DNA of 64,000 nt. Origin: Anolis carolinensis. Its lineage: Eukaryota. The notes beneath the pieces are model-generated. The model was not told the DNA's origin. It saw nothing but the letters and a program-made list of their open reading frames with translations, and ran no database searches. How positions within the stretch are numbered: the stretch's first letter is position 1; each line of letters begins with the position of its first letter. Positions 1 through 11,605 of the stretch are shown here, in pieces. A program made the translations under genes and the position numbers. The stretch lies in NCBI RefSeq assembly GCF_035594765.1, contig NC_085841.1:75501574-75565573 (forward strand), in the 5' to 3' direction.

Positions 1-39
1 ATGTGCTAAAAACTTCTATAAGATAGAGTTATGATCATA

Positions 40-175
40 AAAGCACCAGATCCCTTTTGATTTTTGAGTCTATACAGTATCAGCCCTGGTCAGTATTTGG
101 ACAGAAAGCCATCAATGAATAATAGATGATGTAAATTATAATTTTAGAGAAAGGAAACTGGTAAAACAATATGAA
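40..175 (+). mobile_element. Degenerate 5S rRNA-derived SINE (5S-Sauria-like)
   Basis: agatccc...tcagccctggtcagtatttggacagaaagcc resembles a decayed 5S head, followed by the AGAAAGGAAACTGGTAAAA body typical of squamate SINEs. Confidence 0.5.
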
Positions 176-570
176 CAAGAACCCAGTTGTGGACAGAGGC
201 CATCAAACACATACCAGCTCTGACTGCCATACAGTAGCAATTGCACATGAATAGTCTGTTAGGGAACAATCCTTCAGTCACCTACTTCTCCTTTAACTAT
301 GATAATAAATATAGACTGTGCCAGCTCAGAATTTGGAAAGTTGCATTCTCTCTGTACTTCCCATGGTCTTGTTTGACATATTTTGATGCTTGTCGAGTAT
401 TTTTAGAACAACGTCACTATGGAAAAATATTTTGTACAGTGGTCTCATTTGTTAGGCATAAAGATTGTATCCAGATATTTTTTTTAAATAAAATCTAGAT
501 AGGAAATGTATGGTGAAGTCAGTCTTAATCTAAAAACAGTTCTACAAGAATGCCTTTCTTTTATTTGTAG

Positions 571-726
571 CTTTGAAGATCTGAGTAAGAAGTGGGGTTT
601 GTGGCTTCATGAAATGGAGGAAAGGATGAGCACAGAAGCCTTGGGTGAGAGCAAACAACACATCCCTGAAAAGAAGAATGAGGTGAAGAAAGTGGAAGCA
701 TTTCTGCATGAAATTCTGCTTGCAAG
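571..726 (+). CDS. SYNE1: SYNE1 exon w1 (156 nt, phase 2-2)
   Basis: tttgtag|CTTTGAAGAT...GCAAG|gtatac; FEDLSKKWGLWLHEMEERM...EILLA. Confidence 0.92.
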
Positions 727-1520
727 GTATACAGTGTACTTTACCAGTTTATCTCTCTTCTGTTTCCCTTACAGTGGTTATATGCTACTGGCTACAATGA
801 TGTTAAATAGTTTATTTTTGCAACAACCGAAGCCCAGCACCCTGTAAAATTGTTTCTTCAGACTGAAAAACAAAACCAGATTTTGAATGGTTATGTACTG
901 CATAATCCTTTTTGTTTGAAAATAGTTTGAAAATTGTTTAGTGCACTTTGTTTATTTCATTAGGAAACACATGTTATCCATATGGCATGTGTCAACTTCA
1001 GCAATATGTTTCTAGTATGTCTGAAGAAATTACTAAGAAAGGTTTCGTGCTGTGGTCTAAGCAGGGTGAACAGAGAGTGACCCATGGATTACATAAGACC
1101 CCAGGGCCATTTTCCACCCCATTCTACCATTCTCATTTGGGGGAGGGGGAGGAAGAGATGATCTCGCTAAGGCCAAGTTAGTAGAGGTTCCTTATAATTT
1201 TGAATGAATGATTCTTTCGGTTGTAGCATTCAACTGACATCGGCTATGGTCCCATCTACACTGACTATATAATGCAGTTAGGTCCTGTTTCACTTACAGA
1301 GCCACATTTTCAGACACTGGAACACATCAGTGGTTTTCATTATAATGACTAAAATTTTGCTCATGTATTTTATAGTAAATTATTGCCCTTCACATCTGAA
1401 ACACAATTAATTTACCTCCTATGTGCTGTTTGTATTTTTTTCATACTCAGAATTTTATTTATATAGCTACATTTATAACTCAGCTGCTCTTCTTCCCTTC
1501 TCTTTACATTTCTTGTTCAG

Positions 1521-1812
1521 AGAATCATTTGATAAACTGACTCAAAAGGCTCAAATTTTAAATGAGAAAGGATATAGTGCTGGGATTGAAACCCGCCTTG
1601 CATCTCAGCATTTTTCGGCTTATCAGAATCTAATCAAGTCAGTAAAAGAGAAACTGAAAACCTCCCAGATGGCCCTCCAGGACCACCAAGCTTTGGAAGA
1701 GGCTGTGCAGAGTATGTGGAGCTGGCTGAAGGATGTGCAAGAAAAGTTGGCATCTGCAGAGGGCACCACCGGTAACAAAGCTGTTTTAGAGAAACGCCTC
1801 TTGCAAATTCAG
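1521..1812 (+). CDS. SYNE1: SYNE1 exon w2 (292 nt, 2-0)
   Basis: ttgttcag|AGAATCA...ATTCAG|gtaaag; ESFDKLTQKAQ...EKRLLQIQ. Confidence 0.93.
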
Positions 1813-1964
1813 GTAAAGTAACAAGTAATTGCACTGATTATACCAGAAATATTGGAATCTGGAAGAAACTGGATATACCCCTTTTCTTGTGTTGCTTTTC
1901 TGGACGTACAAATGATTTCTACTTTTTTGTAGAATGAAAACATTTAACATTTTTTTATTTTCAG

Positions 1965-2137
1965 GACATCCTTTTAATGAAAGGGGAAGGGGAAGTTAAG
2001 TTAAACATGGCTATTGGCAAAGGTGACCAAGCCATCAAAGGCAGCAATGAAGAAGGTCAGAAAGAGATAGAGAACCAATTGCAAACATTAAAAGATCTCT
2101 GGAACAGCATTATCAGCACTTCGGTGAGCTGTCAGAG
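1965..2137 (+). CDS. SYNE1: SYNE1 exon w3 (173 nt, 0-2)
   Basis: ttttcag|GACATC...CAGAG|gtaagc; DILLMKGEGEVKLNMAIGKG... (absent from ORF track). Confidence 0.93.
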
Positions 2138-3066
2138 GTAAGCTCTTTGAGTTAATGCATGGCCAAAAATGTGACCATAATTCTGAAAAGCGATTGAACA
2201 AAGAAAAAATAATGCTCTGTAGTGTTCTGTGATTTTGGAAAGTCAAAGTTCTCAAATGGGTTTAACTTTATTTTTAAACCTTATTTTAGTATTGGTATTA
2301 ATGTTTGGTCTGTGTAGTTCAATATATGTATTTTAATAGTATTATATTTTATCTGTGTGTTTTAACCAAGATATGCACCACTATGAGAAGAGGCAGGTAA
2401 CAAATAAAATTATTTAAATAATGATAAGAGGAAACCAGAGACTGCTGCTTACCAACCTTACCACCTATTTTCTTGCTCAAAATTGCCCAAAATACACCTA
2501 TGAAATATTAAAGAACATTGTTCCATAACACTCTAATTCACAGCAGTGCTGAATTTAATTTTCTTAAGACAAGGATGGGCAAATGTCAAAGGTTAAGGAG
2601 TTACATTAGCCTCATCATTAGACCTTGAAGAGTTGCACTTCTTCCATGCTTGCTTTGAAAAAAAATTGAAGTGTTTCTTGGCCTGGAAGTCCTATTTTAG
2701 GAGAGATTGAGAATTTTTTTTTGTTACTATCAGCCATTTTATGCCTGGGAGAAGCCTTTTTACAGCAGGAAGTAGCTGAGAAGTCATTTGGTGACCAGCT
2801 CCTGTTTAGAATTAAGGTGTGTTCTGAGTTGTTGTTTGGTTTTTTTTGTTTTGTTTTTTTTAAAAAACTCAGATATAGTTAGCATTTGGTTAAAATGTCT
2901 TGTATGCTTTCTAGAAAACATTTGTGGATTTTCAGGAAAAAAATTGCAAAATATAAAATATTTAGTCCTAGTGATATATAAAAAATGGCCCTGGGAACCT
3001 ACTTGGTAGATCCCATCTTGTAGACTAGTGACATTTTCATCTTTTTGTGTGTCTCTTCAATGTAAG

Positions 3067-3376
3067 TTTATTGGATTCTGTGGTTAATCAATGGAATGAC
3101 TATCTGGAGAGGAAAAGTCAGTTGGACCAGTGGTTGGAGTCAGTAGACCGTAAAGTGGAAAAGCCTTTGGATCCACAGAATGACTTGAAAGAAAAGTTTT
3201 CCCAACTGGACTATTTCCAAGCTGTAGTTTCAGAAATGGAAGACCACTCTAAGGATCTGCATCAGCTGGTAGGGAAAGCAAGAGAACTACATGAGAAAAC
3301 AGAGGATGATTCTTTCAGAGAAGATGTTCAAGAAGAGCTGAAGACACAATTCAGTGACATTACAACTGTGGCCAAG
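3067..3376 (+). CDS. SYNE1: SYNE1 exon w4 (310 nt, 2-0)
   Basis: aatgtaag|TTTATTG...GCCAAG|gtaatt; LLDSVVNQWNDYLERK...ITTVAK. Confidence 0.9.
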
Positions 3377-4712
3377 GTAATTTTTTATTATTATATCCAC
3401 TCACTATGATGTTTTAACCAAGGGAGGCATGGCATGTTAATAGTATTGTGCTGATTTAATCATTGTACCTGGTTACATGCAGTGAGGCCTCCATAATTGT
3501 GTAGTGATGGCCCAAAATAAAATTAAGAAGACAAGATGTAGGTAGAATTTATCTATAACCCATTCAAAGGAAGGCAAGGTAAAGGGAAGATGGACAGAAG
3601 TCGGCAAGTAATAAATATAGATCAGAGAGCAAGCATATAGTTGAGACATAAATTAAATGTGTTGCTTTAGAAAGGAACGGTAGGTAATAGGACCTGTGTA
3701 TAATTATTGTGCATGTGCTATATGATTATTCTTGTTTATGTTTTAGCCAAGAAGCTAAAACAAAAGCACCCAACAAGAAATAAAAAAACCCTCTTTGTGA
3801 GTTGTCTTGATCATAGTTGCAACCAAAATACCTTGGGTTGGGTCCTCTTTTTCTGACAGCCACAACTTGACTCCAGAATTTCCTGTTCGAAAGTTATGCA
3901 TCCTATAGTAGTTTTAAAAGCATTTGTTCTTCACACCTTAAATCAGTGGCATAATGCAGCAAATACTTGAAAAAAATTGAGATCATGACAAGAAGTTGCT
4001 TTTTAGCCAAACCTGTTTAAAAACTCACTACATATTGCCTGCCAGAAAATGCAAGATTAATGGAAGATTTTAATCGATATCTCTGAAGACAAAGTCCAGC
4101 AGTTAATTCATTACAGCTAGTCAAAATAATCACGATGGAGAAGTAGCTACCAAAATATAAGTTTGTGTCAATCTTTGAATAATAAAATAAATATTTGATC
4201 AGTGGGGGAGGAGTAGAATTTTCAAGAAAAAGTTCAATAGTTGTTTGTATATAAAGTGGCTTCAAGTAGATGATACATGTAATGAATTTCATTAAGAAAT
4301 GTTCATAGATATAGAATTTCTTCTTGGATACTTTGGGGAAAGGAGGCTAAAGGCCTACTACATGATCTCATAGGATTGAGCCATGGTACTTAAAGTCGTT
4401 TCTTTTCATTATAGTGATGAGACTCTTTCATTCAGAGTGTAGCAACAACTCATGGAAGCCCTGTACAATGGAGAACCATGCCTTGGAATGTCATCTCTGT
4501 TAAATATCACCTACTAGTGAAAGGACCCAACTTTGCCTGAGTTAGAAACCCATTTGTCCCACCATCACCCTGCTACTACCACCTTGTTTTTGAAACATAT
4601 TTTCCCTCTGGTGCTTATTCAGCCCATACTAGCTCCACATGGTAGATATTATTTCTTAAACAGACTATTCCTTGAACACAGGAATTGAATACAGTCTTAT
4701 TTTAATTTTTAG

Positions 4713-4877
4713 GAAAAAATGAGAAGAATAGAAGATATTGTCAAGGACCATTTATTATACCTTGATGCAGTACATGAATTTACAGATTGGCTTCATTCAG
4801 CAAAAGAGGAACTTCACCGCTGGTCAGATACATCAGGAGACTTAACAGCTATACAGAAAAAACTGGCCAAAATTAAT
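4713..4877 (+). CDS. SYNE1: SYNE1 exon w5 (165 nt, 0-0)
   Basis: tttttag|GAAAAAATG...ATTAAT|gtgaga; EKMRRIEDIVKDHLLYLDAVHEFTDW. Confidence 0.92.
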
Positions 4878-4917
4878 GTGAGAAATTATTTTGCATTAGC
4901 TTTACTATACTTATTAT

Positions 4918-5220
4918 GGCAGCCTGAATGGTATAGTGGTTTGAGCACAAGGCTATGACTCTAGACCAAAGTCATAGTTCTTATTCAGCCATGGAAACCC
5001 ACTGTAATCTTGGGTAAGTCACATTTTCTTGTGGAAGTCAAAAGCGTCCCCCCATAAGTCATGCCAGCAAAACCCAAATGACTTTGAGGTGAAGCTGTCA
5101 TGAGGTCTTCTTGGTAAAACTTTTTCAGAGGGGTTTTATCTTTCCTAGAGGATGAGAGAGTGCTGAAGGTCACCCAATAGATTTCCATGGCTGAATGAGT
5201 CCTAGTCCAATTTCAAACCC
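4918..5220. mobile_element. Degenerate tRNA-derived squamate SINE pieces (one + copy followed by a - copy)
   Basis: GGTATAGTGGTTTGAGCAC...CTATGACTCT...CCATGGAAACCCACTG...TTGGGTAAGTCACA, then reverse-complement pieces (GGTCACCCA...TTTCCATGGCTGA). Similar copies at ~18840, 39372, 56940, 63060. Confidence 0.5.
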
Positions 5221-5655
5221 ACTTCTATTTTTCTATTATATTAAATGCTTTAAATTATTTCAAGGTGCTTGGACCTTGCAAATGAGACTTCAAAATGGCA
5301 ATAATTATGAGATTACTGGTGCATGTATCACCCATGTTGTCCCTTGGTGCCCAGCATCAATCAAATCAGACTTGTTTTTGTGTTCTAGGAGAAACGAGTT
5401 TAATGTTTAATGTTCTTCCTTTTGTGGTTTGTCAGACTTTCTCTAAGGTTTTTTCTAACTTTGTTACTTTGCACACCGCCAACTTTGTTGTTTTAACCTT
5501 TCCCTTACATTTTAATATAGAATGCATTTTTGGTGAAACTGCTTATGACCATGGAGCAGTCAGCAATTGCTGTGTGTTCTTTGTAGTAAGTGTGCCCTTA
5601 TCCAGCTGAAATGGATCACAGCCATTTCAGTTACCATGGTAATCTTCCATTGCAG

Positions 5656-6012
5656 GAGCTGATAGATTCCAGACAGACTGGAGAGAGCCGCCTAAACAGA
5701 ATTCAAACTCTGGCTCCTGCCGTGAAACAGAACACAACTGCTCAGGGCTGCAACGACATTGACACTGAAATGCAGGCTCTTCAGTCTGATTGGAAGCAGT
5801 GGGAAGAGAGTGTTTTTCAAGCACAGAACAGCTTGCAGGGGCTGCAGAATCAGATGGCCTTGTCGGAGCATGAGTTTACCACGCAGGCAGCTCATCTGGA
5901 AGAGGCCCTGCAGCACTTCAGCATGCTGCTTGCTGCCTGGTCAGAAAGCCTGACCCCTCTGGATAGTAAGCACACAGACAAAGAAATTGTGGAATTCTGG
6001 CACCGAGAAAAG
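5656..6012 (+). CDS. SYNE1: SYNE1 exon w6 (357 nt, 0-0)
   Basis: cattgcag|GAGCTG...GAAAAG|gtaaac; ELIDSRQTGESRLNRIQ...FWHREK. Confidence 0.92.
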
Positions 6013-7298
6013 GTAAACCATCTTGTTTTTGTTTTGGTCTTTTATTTTAGCTTCTTTTTTAAAGTTAAATCATGGTTTATGAACTACCCCTCGTAAAATA
6101 GAATGTCATATACAGTCATTTCTAAACTGAAAAGTTCAGAATACATTTCACACTGGTTTGGAGGAGGTAGTATTTAAAGCAGCAGTAACACAGAATGCCG
6201 TAGAATGTTCATCACCATCTGGAAAGATTTCCTGTTGCATTCTTTGTTGCACTGAAGTTGAGGCCTCTGAGTAAAGTGCATTAGCTTAGCTCCTTTGGCT
6301 TTACAAGATGCTGTGCATTCTACTTCTAACTGTCAACAAAGAGAAAAGAAATCACTTGCCCTGTCTTGGTGATACTTTGTTATAAGGAGTTTAGGGTGCC
6401 AGTAATCTGACAGATCTTACATTGGTGGTGTTAGAAATTTTGAGTGGAATTTAGCTTGAAAAGTTTTAGGAGTTAAATGCTTACTTTTTCAATTTAAATT
6501 AGCTTCACGGATATTATAAAGCTTAATTTTAAGTGATTTTTCTCCCATTGATTTCATATTTATTTAGAAAGAAGTCCAACTCTTTGTTCCATCTAGGCAA
6601 GACTCATTGAATCAATGGGATTTACATAAATGTTATTTGATATTGATTCAATAAATTTAACACATATAGATGAGACTAGCGGTTTAATTTAAGCCCTATC
6701 TGCTTAATCTACTGAGAAGTGGCTAAAGCTTGCAAATGGGATAGAGATATTTATCAATGATTTTAAAAAATAATGTTCTGTAAAGAGTAGCTGCTGCCTG
6801 CTGTTACCCTATATAAGACTGGAAAAAATATCTTTAGGCATTTATAGGTTCTCCAGTGCAATTTTATGGTGAAGCACCAAATGTTGACCATAGACTCATG
6901 CTGGAAGACCCAAACATCCCATAATAAGCCTTTTCTCATGAAAAAACTGGGATTTGAAATTTTTGTTTATATTTCGTTTCCCCACTTTTGTAGGGATACT
7001 TTTGTCCTAACCATAGCAAATGTGGAGATACTACTGTACTTATTCTTAAAACATGGGTGAGAATTACTCAATCCTTCAAATGTTAGAATAGTTTTCTCAG
7101 CACATCAGAGTGGGAATTATGTTGAATTCAACAGCATCTTGAGGGCCTCCTGATTAATATTTTAAAAGGATTTTTCATATGACATGAGGTTTATATAAAG
7201 GTCAACAGGAGACATTGTATAGAAGTTATAGTGCTACATATAATTTCCCAGAGAGGTATACGTATCATATGTTTTGTATATAATTATGTTTTGATTAG

Positions 7299-7435
7299 GA
7301 AACGCTGGATGACCTAACAAAGGCAGAGCATATGAATGATAACATTAAGACTCAGTTAAATGACCTTTGCCGATTTTCCAAAGATTTGAGTACCTATTCT
7401 GCAAAGGTATCACAGTTAATTAAAGAATATAACAG
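7299..7435 (+). CDS. SYNE1: SYNE1 exon w7 (137 nt, 0-2)
   Basis: tgattag|GAAACG...AACAG|gtaggc; ETLDDLTKAEHMNDNIKTQLNDLCRFSKDLSTYS. Confidence 0.9.
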
Positions 7436-7749
7436 GTAGGCTTCATTTCATAAAACAAATAAATCTGTGTGTGTGTGTGTGTTTGTTTTGCCTGGCATAA
7501 CCATGGCTTTTTTTATTCTTTCAATTAAAAATGTTGTAAGAGTGTCAAGGAACAGATTTTCCTTCTTTCAGCTAACATATGCAAATGTTCTTTTAAAAGT
7601 CTAATGGAGGTTTAAGCAATGTTATTTTGATTACTTATAATAAAGCTTATTTATTTTTATATTGCTTATCTGAAATAAATTCTTCTCTTTCTTTGTATCT
7701 AACACAATCCTGATTTACATTCTCCTTGTAAAAACATGGAACCATGAAG

Positions 7750-7927
7750 TCTTTGTCTGCAAGCATCAAAAGGTTGTCAAAGTAAAGAGCAGGCCTTACA
7801 ACAGAGATTCAGAACAGTCTTCAGAGACTTTCAGCAGTGGCTAGTCAATTCAAAAATCATGACTGCTAAGTGTTTTGATGCACCTCAAAGTGTCAGTGAA
7901 GCTACGGCTAACATAAACAAAATACAG
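7750..7927 (+). CDS. SYNE1: SYNE1 exon w8 (178 nt, 2-0)
   Basis: ccatgaag|TCTTTGT...ATACAG|gtaaat; LCLQASKGCQSKEQALQQRFRTVFRDFQQWLV; atypical acceptor. Confidence 0.88.
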
Positions 7928-8095
7928 GTAAATGTATGCAACTGATCTGTCATTCTCAAAGCTGTACTGAATTCCACTTCTTTTCTGTTACAACTGCATC
8001 CGAGATGCTTTATTTATTTATTTCGTGTCAAAAGCATTGTACAACAAATACATTTCAAATAATGGAAATTAAAAAAAAAAAGAAATCACAAGCAA

Positions 8096-11000
8096 CTAAA
8101 TAGTTTTGGACCAAAAGCAGGCAACAGCAACCGCATTGTCTGTAGCTTTAAACAACTCCTCCTCCGTACATGAGGCAGGGCATTGTGGGCAAGCATACAT
8201 ATGCTGAGTTGTTTGTTCAGCTCCACAGTCACACAAGGTGGAGGATTCCTCCAGGTAGTGCCACCTTGCCAAGTTGTCTTTTGATCTGCCCACTCCACTT
8301 CTGAGTCTGTTCAGGGACTTCCAAGTTGCCCATTCTTGGTTTGCCCCTGGAGGAAGACCCTCTTGGGGGGCCATCCAGTTAGAATTGCCAGGTTTAGCTG
8401 CCCAGAGGGACACCCTTGCTGCTGCTGGAGGAACATCAAGAGGAGTGGTGGTTCTCATGAAGCCCTTCCTTGATGTGAGTCTGGTGGGAGGAGGGTGATA
8501 GCCATGCAGTGGGTGGCTTTCACAATGTTCGACCTTTTTTCTCTCACCGTTAGCAGTGACTTCCCGTCGCACGTCAGGAGGGGCAATGCCAGCTAACTTG
8601 TAGAGTTTATCAACAGGTGTAGGTTTAAGGCATCCCATGATGATTCTGCATGTTTCATTCAGTGCTATGTCCACCTGCTTTGCATGGGCAGACTTGTGCC
8701 AAACAGGACAGGCATACTCTGCAGTTGAGAAAGACAGGGCCAGGGCTGATGTTCTTATTACTTGTGGGTCTGCTCCCCATGCGCTGCCAGTCAGTTTCCG
8801 CAGGATGTTATTGCGTGCAGCTACTTTGTGCTTGGTGTTCATGCAGTGTTTCCTATATGTTAGTGTTCGGTCTAAGGTGACACCAAGGTATTTAGGATGG
8901 AAACAGTGTTCGAGCTCTTGGCCTTCCCAAGTAACTTTCAGTTTCCTGTTGGCTTCGCGGTTACGTAGGTGGAAAGCACACACTTGTGTCTTGGAAGGAT
9001 TAGGCTTCAGGTGGTTCTCTTTGTAGTAGCTGGAGAGATCTTTCAAGGCATTAGTGAGTTGCTTTTCAACTGTTTCAAAATCTTTTGCTTGTGTTGTAAG
9101 GCCAAGGTCATCAGCATATATAAAGCTCTTTGTGAGTGGAGGTTGTGGCTGATCGTTCGTGAAGATATTAAATAAGGTCGGTGCAAGAACGCTGCCTTGG
9201 GGTAAACCATTTTTTGCCTCCTCCATCTGCTTTTCTGGCCCTGAAACTCCACATAGAAGCTGCGGTTTTCTAAGAGGGTCTGGACAGTTTTTGTGAAGTC
9301 AAAGTCCCGGGTGATATGGTAGACTTTATGCAGCATTTTTCTATGTTGCACCGTGTCATAGGCTGCCGTAAGGTCCACAAAGACTGTTCCTGTAATGCAG
9401 CCTTTCTCATAGCCTTCCTCGATATGTTCAGTCAGATGAAGAATTTGACCTGTACAGTTTTTCCCTGGTCTGAAACCTGCTTGTTGTTCAATAAGCTTGG
9501 GTTCGATAACAGGTCCTAGTCGATTTAATAGCATCCTCTCATAGACTTTATATAGATGACATAAGAGGGAGATTGGTCGATAGTTCCTGGCATTAGAGGC
9601 ATCTTCACCAGGTTTTAAGATGGCAATTATCTTAGTTTTCCTCCATGCTCTGGGAATCTGTTTGTGTGCCAAGCATTGATTGTAGAATTTCAAAAGCCAG
9701 TTTTCAGCTTTGGGGCCCAAGTGTTTGATTTGCTCCATCATCAGGTCATCTAGGCCAGGTGCTTTACCAGTCTTGCATCGCTTGATGGCTTCTCTGAGTT
9801 CTTTCAGGTTTAGAGGAGAAGACAACTGGTGGGTTTCAAGTTCTGGCACCCTGTTGATTTTCATCTTTATTCTGCTGCAGTTGGTTTTCCCATTCTGAAT
9901 TAGCTGGTGAGCTATCTGATCTGGTGTCACGTTCGCGTGTCCAGGGTTGACCAGAGGGTCACTATCCAGGCGTCTCAGCAATTGCCAGGCTTTTCGGCTA
10001 CTCTTGGACATGTCCAGGTTCTCAAGCAGCTCTATCCAACTGTCTTTCTTAGCATTAGCTAAGGCTGTAGATAGTTTTTGGCCTGCTGCTATAGTCCCAT
10101 CACTGTATGGGTTCTCTTGAAATAATCTGAGATATTCTTGTAGCTGATTTAGTGATTCTTCGTTTAGGCCTGGTAGGTAGCTTGTGCGACAACCTCTAGG
10201 GATTGAGAGCCTTGAGGATCTTTTCACAGCTTCTACAAACAGGTCATAATTTTCTATAGAAGGTTCTATATCAGAAATAGCAGCTTCCAAGGTCTCTGTA
10301 AACTTTGTCCAGTTAGCTTTATTGAAGTTATATCTTCTGCGGAATGGGACACTTTTCGGTCTTACAGCTGCATATGCTACGCAGCATATTGGTCTGTGTT
10401 GTGTGTTAGGTATCGGGTTTAATACCCTTTTGGTGCATTGGTGGCTTATGCTTTCCTTTACAAAAAATCAGATCAGGGTTATAACCACGCTTCCATCGGC
10501 CACTATTAAATGATGGTGGTAATTTACTGTCATGAAGGAGGCTCATTCTACTATTGTCGGCCCACGTTAGAACTGCTTCGCCATTTCTATCATCTTTGTC
10601 ATAGCCCCAGACACAGCTGTGGCTATTGAAATCTCCCACAACAAAATGGGCTTCATGATTGTGGCAACTGGTTGGGGGTGTAAAATAGAAATCAGCCCCA
10701 GGTGGTTTATAGAGTGATGATACGGTGCAACTATCAAGTTCCACAGATAAGATTTCAATGTTGTTCACTTCTGTGAGGGAAGTTGCAGAGATTGCTACAC
10801 CAGATCGTACAAAAATGGCACTGCCATATTGTCTGTGAGGTCGTTCCACTGACAGTTACATTCCAAGAATTTTTGGTCTTCTCATTGTGATGTCTCTGTG
10901 TGTTTCCTGTATACATAGGATGTCACACGAGATGTCCTCAGACATTTTGGCTAATAGTTCTTCCTTAGCAAGTGACAAACCTTCTATATTAATAGACATA

Positions 11001-11113
11001 ATCGTTAGCAATGGTCTTGATAAAGACCTTTGGTATTCATCCAATGCTTTTGGGTTTGGAAAGATCGGCCGCTTACAAGAAACGTTGCCCAGGGGACGCC
11101 CAACTGAATTCAC
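8096..11113 (-). pseudogene. Vingi APE-RT-ZnF polyprotein (~1,000 aa), interrupted
   Basis: ORF pieces 10856..11113, 10406..10849, 9043..10290 and 8096..9226; one TAA stop at 10856-10858 and two frameshifts in homopolymer runs (10462-10467, 9210-9215). Confidence 0.88.
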
Positions 11114-11146
11114 TCAGTCTTCGGGGAGGCTCTTTCCGTGTCCCCC
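11058..11146 (-). ncRNA. HDV-like self-cleaving ribozyme at the Vingi 5' end
   Basis: P1 GGGGGAC/GUCCCCU with G1.U wobble; P2 GGAAAGA/UCUUUCC; P3 GCC/GGC; P1.1 CC/GG; P4 after GGGCAAC; J4/2 CCGA (CNRA) with catalytic C at 11068. Confidence 0.85.
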
Positions 11147-11468
11147 ATCCGAGATGCTAAAACTATGATTTGTTCTGTGGAACATAGCAAGGGGTTAATT
11201 TTTAACTTAACATAAATACTGTTGCAGATAACTGACCATTAGAAAAGAAGAATATTAACCAAAAATCCTCATTTATTTAATTAAAGTTAAGAATTGTGTG
11301 TGATACAGAAAATAATTTACTTCTCTGGTAATTAGACTACCTCCACTAGGCTAATGTACAGTCAGTCCTCCATTTGTAGGTTTGATTGTTTTTCAATTCA
11401 TATTAATATGTTCTCTGTAGGAATGTTTAGGTCCTACATTATAATGCTATGGTTAATATCCACTAGTA

Positions 11469-11605
11469 CAGTGGTTCTCAACCTGGGGTCTCCAGATGTT
11501 TTTGGCCTTCCTACTCCCAGAAATCCTAATAGCTGGTAAACTGGCTAGGATTTCTGGGTTGTTGTAGGCCAAAACATTTGGGGACCCAAAGGTGGAGAAG
11601 CACTG
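11469..11605. mobile_element. hAT-type MITE (Charlie/MER20-like ends), nested in a Tigger-like MITE starting ~11358
   Basis: TIRs CAGTGGTTCTCAACCT / AGGTGGAGAAGCACTG; imperfect 8-bp TSD cactagta/tactagaa; same family as 56333..56441. Confidence 0.7.

Larger units (their letters stand above)
8010..11146 (-). mobile_element. Near full-length Vingi (Ingi-related) non-LTR retrotransposon, ~3.1 kb
   Basis: TSD (c)atccgagatgct at 7997-8009 and 11146-11158; (TAAA)n 3' tail; one long ORF with APE endonuclease (SINIEG, CIQETH, VGDFNSH, PDLIF, QHRPI), RT (YRPISLL, QAGFR, PQGSVLAP, YADD) and a C-terminal C-x-C-x7-H-x3-C zinc finger; no ORF1 or RNase H. Confidence 0.88.

Noticed and set aside
40-130. 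5S rRNA gene
   Set aside because: Heavily decayed and continues into a SINE body; not an intact 5S gene.
8096-11113. Domesticated RT gene or group II intron
   Set aside because: TSD, (TAAA)n tail, APE domain and disabling mutations mark it as an ordinary non-LTR insertion.
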